DNA of 60,432 nucleotides. Origin: an uncultured Bdellovibrionales bacterium (GTDB lineage: Bacteria > Patescibacteriota > Minisyncoccia > Moranbacterales > UBA1568). Of this stretch, positions 1 to 7,684 are shown piece by piece. The first letter of the stretch is position 1, and every line of letters starts with the position of its first letter. Below the pieces are notes generated by a model. That model was not told the DNA's origin, did not search any database, and saw only the letters and a list, made by a program, of their open reading frames with translations. The position numbers were made by a program, and so were the translations under genes. The stretch is from NCBI GenBank assembly GCA_964444815.1, contig CAYUIR010000003.1:1-60432 (forward strand), written 5' to 3'.

Positions 1-198
1 GAGCCAGAGTGCGGTCGCTGCGATAAAGGCGCCCTCGATGCAATGAGCTCGGCCTTTCCGGAGAGCCATCCGAGGCGATGAACAGGATTCACTGTACCGT
101 GAGAGATTGCTCGGCATGTCGTCGAGAAAATCCTGGATCTTCTCCGGGGTATCGAGCTTCTTCAAAACCGCTAATTCTTCAGATGAAAGACCGAACAT
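1..198 (-). CDS. hypothetical protein, N-terminal part only (gene continues past window start)
   Basis: Open frame from ATG (cat at 196-198) to window edge: MFGLSSEELAVLKKLDTPEKIQDFLDDMPSNL...RAHCIEGAFIAATALWL. Absent from the ORF track because there is no stop inside the window. Same strand as the VKOR gene, whose stop codon lies 3 nt upstream of this start. Confidence 0.4.
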   Translation of the reverse strand, partial: MFGLSSEELAVLKKLDTPEKIQDFLDDMPSNLSRYSESCSSPRMALRKGRAHCIEGAFIAATALWL

Positions 199-201
199 AC
201 T

Positions 202-669
202 CTAAACCTCTGTGAGCGGCACACTCGCCTTGCGCTTCGCTTCTTTCAAAAGGGAGAGTGAGAGGAAGAAGATTGAGATGATAATCAGGGTACAGATAAA
301 GCAGAGAAGGCAAAAAGCCTTGATGAACAAAATCTCCCGGTAGATGATAAAGCCGTTGAAACACATCCCCATGAAGGAAAGAATGGCGAGGGCTTTAGCC
401 TGCGTGTACGACTGGTGCCGATACCCGTACCAGGCGAGAGCGAGGAGAATCGGGTAGACAAGGAGTGCTACCCATGGAAAAGGGATGCCGAAGACGCTCG
501 AGAGGGGATGGCGGAGTACTTCGCTACAGGAATTAAAGGTCGAGAAATCACAGAACGAGGTGAGGCCAAGTGGATCGACGTAGCGGAAATAGTAGGCCTT
601 GTAGCTCAGGTACGCCGCATTACAGAGAGCAATGACCGCAAGAATAATAATGGTCCGATACTGTTTCAT
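202..669 (-). CDS. vitamin K epoxide reductase (VKOR) family membrane protein
   Basis: Internal ATG at 669 (MKQYRTIIILAVIAL...). Four TM segments; SFCDFSTFNSCSEV loop cysteines and a CLLC (CxxC) motif in the last helix, typical of bacterial VKOR. The upstream 110 aa of the long ORF look non-coding. Confidence 0.7.
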   Translation of the reverse strand: MKQYRTIIILAVIALCNAAYLSYKAYYFRYVDPLGLTSFCDFSTFNSCSEVLRHPLSSVFGIPFPWVALLVYPILLALAWYGYRHQSYTQAKALAILSFMGMCFNGFIIYREILFIKAFCLLCFICTLIIISIFFLSLSLLKEAKRKASVPLTEV

Positions 670-772
670 ATGGTTCACATAAAAGTTCACCTCTAGGATA
701 GCACAATCGTCTTGGTAAGAAAAAACCGCCACCCTGCAGAAGCAGGAGGCAGTCAAGGAGTGGCATCTGGGC

Positions 773-1450
773 TCACGAATACCGAAGCAAAGCTTTGTCT
801 CGGTAGAAGGCGTGGCCGACGCTAAAGAATGCGCCAAAGGATGGTGTCCAAATGAAAAGGGTAAGCCCTGTCCACAAAGGTCCATTGTCCCAATAATAGA
901 GGGAGAGGAATCGACCAGCGGCATCAACCTCGGGCAACGCCAAGAGGAAAACTCCGATGAGGGCGCCGTACAGAAGTGTCGCGCTACGAGCCCCGTCAAT
1001 GGCCAACCCCTTCAGATCCGCCCGGCGACTGACCACACCATAGGTGGCTGCGGCGAAGCCAATAGCGGTCGCCATGATCGCATTGGTGAAGACGGTGGAG
1101 ATGAGTCCGATCAAGGTCGCCACCAAGGTCAAGGAGAACTTCCCTGATGACGAGACGAGTGATTCCCTCATCGGCACGAGGATGCTCTTTGAGGCCCCAA
1201 GTGACAGTGCCACCACCGCACCGAGAAAGAAGCCGCCAAATCCGGCATGCCACCAAGGCGAACCCGGTGGCGCGAAGAAATCGCGGTAGAGATAAGCGAT
1301 GCACGGACCACCGACGGCCCCACCGACGCTCATCCAGAACTGTTCATCCCGTGTCCGAGGATGTAGCCAGAAGACAAGACAGGCAACAAGGGCCACCCAC
1401 ATGACAAACACAGGGTAGTACCACTCGAGTGCGTTCGGAATGGAGGACAT
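773..1450 (-). CDS. integral membrane protein, unknown function
   Basis: 225-aa ORF, about six hydrophobic helices, Gly/Ala-rich. TTGACA-17-TATGCT promoter at 1511-1483 on the minus strand. Confidence 0.55.
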   Translation of the reverse strand: MSSIPNALEWYYPVFVMWVALVACLVFWLHPRTRDEQFWMSVGGAVGGPCIAYLYRDFFAPPGSPWWHAGFGGFFLGAVVALSLGASKSILVPMRESLVSSSGKFSLTLVATLIGLISTVFTNAIMATAIGFAAATYGVVSRRADLKGLAIDGARSATLLYGALIGVFLLALPEVDAAGRFLSLYYWDNGPLWTGLTLFIWTPSFGAFFSVGHAFYRDKALLRYS

Positions 1451-1551
1451 GGAGTGTCTCCAGGTTGTTAAAGGATGCCTCGAGCATAGAGAACGGTGCG
1501 ATGATTGTCAAGAAAAAACAAAACCGCCCCAATTGGGACGGCTTGCTTTTC

Positions 1552-1626
1552 TGGAGCGGGTAAGGGGAGTCGAACCCCTATCTCAACCTTGGCAAGGTCG
1601 TGTAATAGCCGCTATACGATACCCGC
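1552..1626 (-). tRNA. tRNA-Gly(GCC), CCA encoded
   Basis: Reverse complement GCGGGTATCGTATAGCGGCTATTACACGACCTTGCCAAGGTTGAGATAGGGGTTCGACTCCCCTTACCCGCTCCA folds as a cloverleaf. Anticodon loop TTGCCAA. Followed by a hairpin plus T-tract terminator at about 1517-1545. Confidence 0.9.
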
Positions 1627-1713
1627 TTTGTGTACATGGCGGGACAGGCCCGCTCTGCTTACTAGAACATTCTGGCAAAAAAAACTCTCTTGGTCAAGGA
1701 TAAACAGCTCCTG

Positions 1714-1785
1714 TGGGACTGGATGGGATCGAACCATCGACCAAGCGATTATGAGTCGCGCGCTCTACCACTGAGCTACAGTCCC
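1714..1785 (-). tRNA. tRNA with CAT anticodon (elongator Met, or Ile2 if lysidine-modified)
   Basis: Reverse complement GGGACTGTAGCTCAGTGGTAGAGCGCGCGACTCATAATCGCTTGGTCGATGGTTCGATCCCATCCAGTCCCA. Acceptor GGGACTG/CAGTCCC, loop CTCATAA. Not initiator-like (no three G-C pairs in the anticodon stem). Confidence 0.85.
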
Positions 1786-2486
1786 GTACAAATGGTCCGA
1801 TTCTTAAGAAGCTGCATTTTAATACCGTCTATCCAGCCAATAATCCTGAAAAACAGCTTTACATCATATACTCTGATATGTACTGTTCCGTATGTCAAAT
1901 TATTCTTTCTCTTCTGTGCACTCCGAACACTGAGCGAAGTACAGGTTTTAATAAACTGAGATTTTGGAATCTCCGTCAAGGCTGACCAGTATTCTACTGC
2001 AGCAGACATATCAACATTTGGATGAGCAATGAGCTGGACTTTGAATCTACTCTCATCTATAGAACAAAACTTCCGAAAAAAACTCATCATCACTAATACC
2101 ATCTCTGGATCTGCATTGGTAAAATCAACACACTTCCATTTGCTCCCACTCGCTCCTCGTTTATAGCCCTCCGCCCAGTAGAGTGATACCCCCGCAACAA
2201 ACAAAGAATCGTCCATAAAGTTGGACACTTCATCCTTTGCTTTTTCCCGTATCATAGTAGCCCGCTCTTCTGCAATTGCTGTCTGTCCTCTATTTCTTTC
2301 TATGAGAGCCTTGGTGCTCGTAACTGAAGTCCTCCTTGCAATTCTCTGCTGAGCATCAGTTGAAAGTTTGATATCTCGTAACCAATAGCTCAGGGTGCTT
2401 TTTGCAACATGAAGCGTCTCTTGTATCTGAGAATAACTTTTCCCGTCCTTTCTCAAGCTAATTGCCTTGTCCTTTTCTTCTCTCAT
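1776..2486 (-). CDS. HTH-domain protein with LAGLIDADG-like homing-endonuclease C-terminal domain
   Basis: N-terminal resolvase/Hin-type HTH (GKSYSQIQETLHVAKSTLSYWLRD). The central motif LFVAGVSLYWAEGYK resembles a single LAGLIDADG motif. Sits between two tRNA genes, and its last 10 nt overlap the tRNA-CAT 5' end. Confidence 0.5.
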   Translation of the reverse strand: MREEKDKAISLRKDGKSYSQIQETLHVAKSTLSYWLRDIKLSTDAQQRIARRTSVTSTKALIERNRGQTAIAEERATMIREKAKDEVSNFMDDSLFVAGVSLYWAEGYKRGASGSKWKCVDFTNADPEMVLVMMSFFRKFCSIDESRFKVQLIAHPNVDMSAAVEYWSALTEIPKSQFIKTCTSLSVRSAQKRKNNLTYGTVHIRVYDVKLFFRIIGWIDGIKMQLLKNRTICTGL

Positions 2487-2487
2487 A

Positions 2488-2533
2488 AAATTGAACCTAT
2501 GGTAACAAGGTCAGTATACCATAGGTTCAATTT
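2488..2533 (-). repeat. perfect 17-bp inverted repeat (stem-loop), 1 nt upstream of the endonuclease-like ORF start and 12 nt downstream of tRNA-Phe
   Basis: aaattgaacctatggta (2488-2504) pairs with taccataggttcaattt (2517-2533), with a 12-nt loop. On the minus strand it is followed by T then ATG. May act as a terminator for the tRNA-Phe transcript and/or occlude the ORF start. Confidence 0.6.
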
Positions 2534-2545
2534 ATTTTCTATGTG

Positions 2546-2861
2546 TGCCGAGGGGCAGGATTGAACTGCCGACACAAGGATTTTCCACTATTTGTCCTGG
2601 GTTTCCCCAAGGATCGGACTATTTCATCTTCGTTCCCCTAAGGAAGTGCGAAGTCGGGCGCTCTTGCAGGGTTATTGTTGGGACTCACCTGCTAGTCTCT
2701 ACACCTTCTCCAGTACCTATTGCCCACTGGAGCTTGGCTCGAGATTGCCGTATCCACAGAAGCGGACGTAGGTTTCCTCGAGTTCACCCGATACATTCTC
2801 TCGTATTACTACGGGAGCGACCGAAAATCAGTCCTCTGCTCTACCACTGAGCTACCTCGGC
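2546..2861 (-). tRNA. tRNA-Phe(GAA) interrupted by a group I intron (exons 2861-2830 and 2585-2546)
   Basis: 5' exon GCCGAGGTAGCTCAGTGGTAGAGCAGAGGACT plus 3' exon GAAAATCCTTGTGTCGGCAGTTCAATCCTGCCCCTCGGCA join into a canonical cloverleaf. Anticodon stem GAGGA/TCCTT, loop CTGAAAA, T-arm GGCAG-TTCAATC-CTGCC. Confidence 0.85.
2586..2829 (-). ncRNA. group I self-splicing intron (IC3-like, tRNA-anticodon-loop type), 244 nt, no ORF
   Basis: Inserted after U33. P1 hairpin GACU|GA-UUU-UCGGUC places a U.G pair at the 5' splice site. The intron ends in G. The core strings GGAAACCTA, GAGCCAAGC and GAAGGTGTAGAGACTAG match (from memory) the conserved P3-P7-P8 core of the Azoarcus tRNA-Ile and cyanobacterial tRNA-Leu introns. 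Confidence 0.8.
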
Positions 2862-2932
2862 ATCATTCTTTGTTGAAAGTACTGTGTATATCCAGGGGAT
2901 AACTCGATATTTCGCTCTTCTCAGCCATTCTG

Positions 2933-3006
2933 TGCACGCTCAAGGATTCGAACCTTGGACCCCCTCGGTGTAAACGAGGTGCTCTAACCAACTGAGCTAA
3001 GCGTGC
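2933..3006 (-). tRNA. tRNA-Val(TAC)
   Basis: Reverse complement GCACGCTTAGCTCAGTTGGTTAGAGCACCTCGTTTACACCGAGGGGGTCCAAGGTTCGAATCCTTGAGCGTGCA. Acceptor GCACGCT/AGCGTGC, anticodon loop TTTACAC. Confidence 0.88.
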
Positions 3007-3069
3007 CCACTTGTATTCAGTTGGGGATGGTCCCTTACTTTGGGCCCATCGCTCATTTCATTCACTCTG

Positions 3070-3153
3070 TGCCCAAGAGAGGACTCGAACCTCCAATCCC
3101 TTGCGGGAACTAGCACCTCAAGCTAGCGCGTATACCAATTCCGCCACCTGGGC
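3070..3153 (-). tRNA. tRNA-Leu(GAG), class II with long variable arm
   Basis: Reverse complement GCCCAGGTGGCGGAATTGGTATACGCGCTAGCTTGAGGTGCTAGTTCCCGCAAGGGATTGGAGGTTCGAGTCCTCTCTTGGGCA. Anticodon loop TTGAGGT. Confidence 0.88.
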
Positions 3154-3155
3154 TT

Positions 3156-3392
3156 CTACAAACTCTTTAAAAACTCTCTGCCTATACCCGATTTGAGGTA
3201 TTTTTCATGTTCTCTTGCCTCATACCGCGTTTGAAATTCTCTAGTGTAGATAACTTCAAACGGGGCGTGATGTCTATTTGAAACTGTTTTTCCCGAATTG
3301 TGCTGTTTTAATCGCTTCGCAACATCTGTGCTCATTCCAATATACAGAGTGTAATCCTTTTCGCTCTTCAGAGCATAAGTATACCAGACCAT
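3156..3392 (-). CDS. small GIY-YIG nuclease family protein
   Basis: 78 aa. The sequence YTYALKSEKDYTLYIGMSTDVAKRLKQHNSGK...YEAREHEKYLKSG fits the GIY...YIG...R...E pattern of stand-alone GIY-YIG domains. The stop lies 2 nt from the tRNA-Leu 5' end. Confidence 0.8.
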   Translation of the reverse strand: MVWYTYALKSEKDYTLYIGMSTDVAKRLKQHNSGKTVSNRHHAPFEVIYTREFQTRYEAREHEKYLKSGIGREFLKSL

Positions 3393-3402
3393 ATTGTTAT
3401 GT

Positions 3403-3448
3403 GCGTATACCCCTGCCTGCCGGCAGGCAGGAATTCCGCCACCTGGGC
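3403..3448 (-). pseudogene. duplicated 5' fragment of tRNA-Leu(GAG) (positions 1-26) split by a 20-nt perfect palindrome
   Basis: Minus strand reads GCCCAGGTGGCGGAATT-[CCTGCCTGCCGGCAGGCAGG]-GGTATACGC. The flanks are identical to the first 26 nt of the intact tRNA-Leu at 3153-3128. There is no 3' half. Confidence 0.8.
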
Positions 3449-3524
3449 ATGTGCAGACTCCTTTTCGCTACCAGTACACTGTACCAATTCTTCGCCAGTC
3501 GTGCAAGATACAGAAAGAGGCCTG

Positions 3525-3977
3525 TTAGGCCTCTTTGTTCTCTACAGTCTCGGTCGCCACTTCCGCTACTGCTTCCTTGGGAGTTTCCTCCTTTTTCTTC
3601 GGCTTCATGCTCTCTTTGACAGCCACTTCCTTTAACTTCTTAGACAGGACCTTGGCTGACTTGTCGCGGACGAAGTAGAGCTTGGAGCGACGAGCAGTCG
3701 TACGCTTCACGAATTCAATTTTTTGGATCTGAGCAGAAGAGAGGGGGAGGATGAGTTCAACGCCGATACCATCAGATACCTTGCGAATCGTCACGGTCCG
3801 AGAAGCGCTCTGGCCACCCTTAAGAGCGATAACGGTACCCTGAAACATCTGGGTGCGCTCTTTGGCCCCTTCTTTGATCTTGCGGTACACCTTGACGACG
3901 TCACCGGCGCGCAGTTCTGGGAGATCAGCCATGGGCTTTCTCTGGCTCAAATTGAAGGAAATCAGTTTCTGGTGCAT
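3525..3977 (-). CDS. rplS: 50S ribosomal protein L19 with Lys/Glu-rich C-terminal extension
   Basis: The sequence LPELRAGDVVKVYRKIKEGAKERTQMFQGTVIALKGG...RRSKLYFVR matches the L19 core. About 35 extra C-terminal residues. The stop sits in the loop of the terminator hairpin at 3514-3536. Confidence 0.9.
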   Translation of the reverse strand: MHQKLISFNLSQRKPMADLPELRAGDVVKVYRKIKEGAKERTQMFQGTVIALKGGQSASRTVTIRKVSDGIGVELILPLSSAQIQKIEFVKRTTARRSKLYFVRDKSAKVLSKKLKEVAVKESMKPKKKEETPKEAVAEVATETVENKEA

Positions 3978-4006
3978 ACACGTTTCATTAGATTCAAAAA
4001 AAAGAC

Positions 4007-5050
4007 CTACACTCCTACAGAAAGGTCATCTAAAGCCTCACCATCATAGCTTGATACTAGGGTTTCGTCAAGGACGGAGAGGACCTCTTGAAAATCGGCT
4101 GGGAGAGGGGACTCAAAAGCGTACTTTTTGCCAAAAAGCTCAAAAGAAAGCAGTCCCGCATGGAGGAGGTGCCGACTGGGCTGTAGCTGATCTTTCTTCT
4201 TTGCGTCCTTCCAAGCATAGAGACGGTCGCCAACCACAGGATGGCCCAGAAAGGCGAGGTGAACGCGAATCTGATGGGTCCGACCAGTCTTGGGGGTAAG
4301 CTCGACTAGATCGTACTGTTCGTACCGCCTAAGAACGCGGTACTCGGTATACGCTGTACGAGCATTCCCTGGTAGGGTACCTGAAAAGCGATGTGGGTCT
4401 ACCGCCCGACGCCTGAGTTCTCCTGGTTCTCGCATAAGAAGCGCATCAACACTCCCAGCAAGCTCCTTCAGATGACTGTAGACGAGCGCGACATATTTTT
4501 TGCTGACAGAACGTTCTTGAAAGGAGTACTTGAGCGCCGAAAAGGCCTCATTGGTCTTGGCGACAACCAATACCCCGGAGGTATCCCGGTCCAATCGATG
4601 CACGATACCCGGACGGAGCGGATTCTCTCCAACCTGAGCCAAGGCAGGGTATCTTTCCACAATCCATGAGGCGACGGTAGGGCGAAGTTCGCCTCCGGCC
4701 ATGTGCATCTGAACCCCGGCGCCCTTATCGAGCACCAGGAAGTCATCATTCTCAAACAAGACCGTGAGGGCAAGATCCTGAGAGGGGATAGGACCGGAGA
4801 TGTTCGGTTCTTCAAAGATATCCGCCTGAATGGTAATCACATCGTGTGTGGCCACGAGAAACCGAGGTGGCACAGCCTTGCCATTACACAAAATACGACC
4901 TTCTTTGAGGTGACGAGTGATAAGTGATCGTGAAAAATCCCTTATTTCAGGCATTTTTTCGTTGAGGAGTGTCGCCACCGCACTGTCAACACGCACATCA
5001 TTTAAATGACGTGGAATTTCGAGCGTAATGAATGTTTCTGCTTGAGTCAT
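4007..5050 (-). CDS. rluD: RluA-family 23S rRNA pseudouridine synthase (RluD-like) with S4 domain
   Basis: HRLDRDTSGVLVVAKT catalytic motif and GRTHQIRVHLA motif. Start moved to ATG 5050 (MTQAETFITLEIP...). Confidence 0.85.
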   Translation of the reverse strand: MTQAETFITLEIPRHLNDVRVDSAVATLLNEKMPEIRDFSRSLITRHLKEGRILCNGKAVPPRFLVATHDVITIQADIFEEPNISGPIPSQDLALTVLFENDDFLVLDKGAGVQMHMAGGELRPTVASWIVERYPALAQVGENPLRPGIVHRLDRDTSGVLVVAKTNEAFSALKYSFQERSVSKKYVALVYSHLKELAGSVDALLMREPGELRRRAVDPHRFSGTLPGNARTAYTEYRVLRRYEQYDLVELTPKTGRTHQIRVHLAFLGHPVVGDRLYAWKDAKKKDQLQPSRHLLHAGLLSFELFGKKYAFESPLPADFQEVLSVLDETLVSSYDGEALDDLSVGV

Positions 5051-5131
5051 AGATAAATAGTACGCCGGGCTCCCTATCTCCTTATCCTGTTTTCCTCTAT
5101 AATGCAAGTAAATGAATTAATCGCCACTCGT

Positions 5132-6145
5132 ATGCGCATCGCATTTTTTGAGGCTACCACCGCTGATGAGGCTTATATCAAGGCCAAACTTGTTGGCCAC
5201 GAAGCTATTTTCTGCCCGGAACCACTCTCTCCCGACAATGCTGACCTCGCCAAGGATTGCGAGCTTGTGTCCGTTTTCATCTATTCCACGGTCGGTGAAG
5301 CCACTCTTGCCAAACTCCCCAAGCTCCAGGCGCTCCTCACACGTTCAACGGGCTTTGATCATATCGATATCTCGGCCTGTAACGCCCACCAGGTGGCGGT
5401 AGCCAATGTGCCCCACTACGGAGAGAATACCGTCGCTGAGCATACCTTTGCCCTCATTCTGGCACTTTCGCGCAATGTACACAAATCCTATGCCCGTGGT
5501 CAAAAGGGAGACTACTCGATTGAGGGCCTCATGGGATTCGATTTGAAGGACAAGACGCTTGGGGTAGTCGGTACTGGTCATATCGGACTCCACGTCATCC
5601 GCATCGCCAAAGGCTTTGGGATGCACGTCATCGCCTTTGATACTCAGAAAAACATTTTTCTCTCGGAGGTACTCCATTTCAAATATGCTCCTCTCGAAGA
5701 GGTCCTCAGCCAGTCTGACATCGTCACCCTCCACGTGCCCTACAATGAGCATACCCACCACCTCATCAATCGGGACAATATTGGTACCCTCCGCCCTAGC
5801 GCCCTCCTCATCAACACTTCCCGTGGCGGCATCATCGAAAACGAAGCGTTGGTAGAGGCCCTCGATCATGGCACTCTCTCAGGAGCTGGTCTAGATGTCC
5901 TCGAAGGAGAAGAGGCCATCAAAGAGGAAAATCAGTGCCTCCACACCGATTGTCCCACCGACGTCGACCGTCACGAACAGAACAAAAATCTCCTCGCTCG
6001 TGACAACGTCGTCTTTACACCACACATCGGTTTCTACAGCAAGGAAGCCCTCGAGCGTATCCTCGATACCACCCTTGAAAATGCCGGGAATTTCGCCTCG
6101 GGCAAACGAAGCAACCTCGTACCCGGAAGCCTCATTGCCTCGTAG
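5132..6145 (+). CDS. D-isomer-specific 2-hydroxyacid dehydrogenase (D-lactate/phosphoglycerate dehydrogenase family)
   Basis: MRIAFFE start. NAD fold GVVGTGHIGLHVIRIAKGFGMHVIAFD. The catalytic R/E/H pattern is present (NTSRGG...FTPHIGF). Confidence 0.85.
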   Translation: MRIAFFEATTADEAYIKAKLVGHEAIFCPEPLSPDNADLAKDCELVSVFIYSTVGEATLAKLPKLQALLTRSTGFDHIDISACNAHQVAVANVPHYGENTVAEHTFALILALSRNVHKSYARGQKGDYSIEGLMGFDLKDKTLGVVGTGHIGLHVIRIAKGFGMHVIAFDTQKNIFLSEVLHFKYAPLEEVLSQSDIVTLHVPYNEHTHHLINRDNIGTLRPSALLINTSRGGIIENEALVEALDHGTLSGAGLDVLEGEEAIKEENQCLHTDCPTDVDRHEQNKNLLARDNVVFTPHIGFYSKEALERILDTTLENAGNFASGKRSNLVPGSLIAS

Positions 6146-6313
6146 TGACACCACCGAATACACAGCCAAAAAATCCCTCGACACCGGGGGATTTTTTATC
6201 AGACCACAAAGGAGTAACTTGTGCTCAAATTGATTGACTCCACACTACATGTAGTTGATTTTCTTATTTTTTATGAAAAATGAGCTCGTTTTTTCCGCTT
6301 AAAATGAGGATAT

Positions 6314-6342
6314 TTGACAGTCTATTTTTGACCGCCTATTAT
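6314..6342 (+). promoter_or_regulatory. sigma70-type promoter for the peroxiredoxin-SOD operon
   Basis: TTGACA (6314-6319), 17-nt spacer, TATTAT (6337-6342). A UUCG-loop hairpin GCGAC-TTCG-GTCGC lies in the leader. Confidence 0.6.
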
Positions 6343-6387
6343 AGGAAAGCGACTTCGGTCGCGTAACCAAATTTTTTACACAAAACT

Positions 6388-7026
6388 ATGACTCAAGAAG
6401 GATGCTGCGGTGGCGGAAGCTGTGGCGAAACAAGTGAAGTGATGGATGGATTTTTCCCCATCATCGGCAAGCGCGTACCAAACCTCGAGTTCGACTATTT
6501 TCACAAAGAAGGGTTTCATCGTTCGCACTTTTCGGACTTCCATGGCAAGTGGGTAGTCGTCTTTTTCTACCCGGCTGACTTTACGTTCATCTGCCCGACC
6601 GAACTCGAAGAGATGCAAAAGAACTACCAGAAATTTCAGGAACTCGGAGCCGAAGTCCTCTCTGTTTCCACGGACACCAAATTCACCCACAAAGCGTGGC
6701 ACGATCATTCCCCAGCTATCAAAACACTCGAGTACCCGATGGTAGCCGATCCCTCTGGCGAGATTTCTCGTACCTTTGGCGTCTACATTGATGAAGGAGA
6801 AGACAATGGTCTCGCCCTCCGTGGTTCGTTTATCCTCGACCCAGATGGCATCCTCCAAGCCTACGAAGTGCACGCCAACAACGTCGGTCGCTCAGCTGAT
6901 GAGCTCCTCCGCAAACTTGAAGCGGCCCGTTTTGTGCGCGAACACGGTGGTGAGGTCTGCCCTGCCAACTGGAAGAAGGGTGGTAAGACCTTGAAGCCTG
7001 GTATCGACCTCGTCGGCAAAATCTAA
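6388..7026 (+). CDS. ahpC: typical 2-Cys peroxiredoxin (AhpC/Tsa family)
   Basis: FFYPADFTFICPTE peroxidatic Cys motif and the resolving Cys in EVCPANW. Confidence 0.9.
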   Translation: MTQEGCCGGGSCGETSEVMDGFFPIIGKRVPNLEFDYFHKEGFHRSHFSDFHGKWVVVFFYPADFTFICPTELEEMQKNYQKFQELGAEVLSVSTDTKFTHKAWHDHSPAIKTLEYPMVADPSGEISRTFGVYIDEGEDNGLALRGSFILDPDGILQAYEVHANNVGRSADELLRKLEAARFVREHGGEVCPANWKKGGKTLKPGIDLVGKI

Positions 7027-7045
7027 CTCCTTCCCAAAAACAAAT

Positions 7046-7624
7046 ATGTCCGATCTCTACACTGCCAAAGACTACAAACACCTCCTAGGACTCCCGGGGT
7101 TCAGTGACACCATGCTCACGAACCACTTCACCCTCTATGAGGGCTATGTGAAGAATAGCAATCTCCTCATGGAGAAACTCGACACCCTTGAAGCTGGCAC
7201 ACCAGAATACTCCGAACTCAAACGCCGTCTCGGCTGGGAGTTCGATGGGATGCGTCTCCATGAACTCTACTTCGGGAACATGACCAAGGAGACAAGCAAC
7301 TTGTCAGAGACCTCTCCTCTTGGTCAAAAGATAGTCGCAACCTGGGGGAGTGTGGCCGCTTGGAAAGAAAGCTTTGCCAAACTCGGCCTGATGCGGGGCA
7401 TCGGCTGGGTGATGCTCGTCAAAGACAACGTCTCCGGAGAGCTCTTTCATACTTGGATCAGCGATCACCACGAAGGACACATCCTTGATACCACGCCTCT
7501 CCTCGTGATGGACTGCTGGGAACACGCCTACATCACTGACTACGGTATCAAACGGGCTGACTATATAGAAGCATTCACGAAAGTTATTGACTGGACCGTC
7601 GTCGAAAAAAGATTGGTGGCCTAA
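7046..7624 (+). CDS. sodA: Fe/Mn superoxide dismutase family protein
   Basis: C-terminal DCWEHAYITDY signature (Asp and His ligands). N-terminal His in LTNHFTLYEGYV and His in MRLHELYF are plausible remaining ligands. The N-terminal HH pair is diverged. Confidence 0.7.
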   Translation: MSDLYTAKDYKHLLGLPGFSDTMLTNHFTLYEGYVKNSNLLMEKLDTLEAGTPEYSELKRRLGWEFDGMRLHELYFGNMTKETSNLSETSPLGQKIVATWGSVAAWKESFAKLGLMRGIGWVMLVKDNVSGELFHTWISDHHEGHILDTTPLLVMDCWEHAYITDYGIKRADYIEAFTKVIDWTVVEKRLVA

Positions 7625-7684
7625 AGCATGGTGAGAGAAGAGTCCATTCATCCTTAATCTGGCGCCCCGCGCAAAACAAAACGT

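Larger units (their letters stand above)
3154..3448 (-). mobile_element. putative GIY-YIG mini-element inserted in the tRNA-Leu 5' region (ORF plus target duplication)
   Basis: The ORF is bracketed by direct 26-nt tRNA-Leu 5' sequences (3403-3448, interrupted, and 3128-3153). See the GIY-YIG finding (3128-3448). Confidence 0.5.

Noticed and set aside
2545-2850. 101-aa plus-strand ORF inside the tRNA-Phe locus as a possible intron-encoded homing endonuclease
   Set aside because: It lies antisense to the tRNA exons and the intron core, starts with GTG inside the 3' exon, and shows no LAGLIDADG, GIY-YIG or HNH motif. The intron appears ORF-less.
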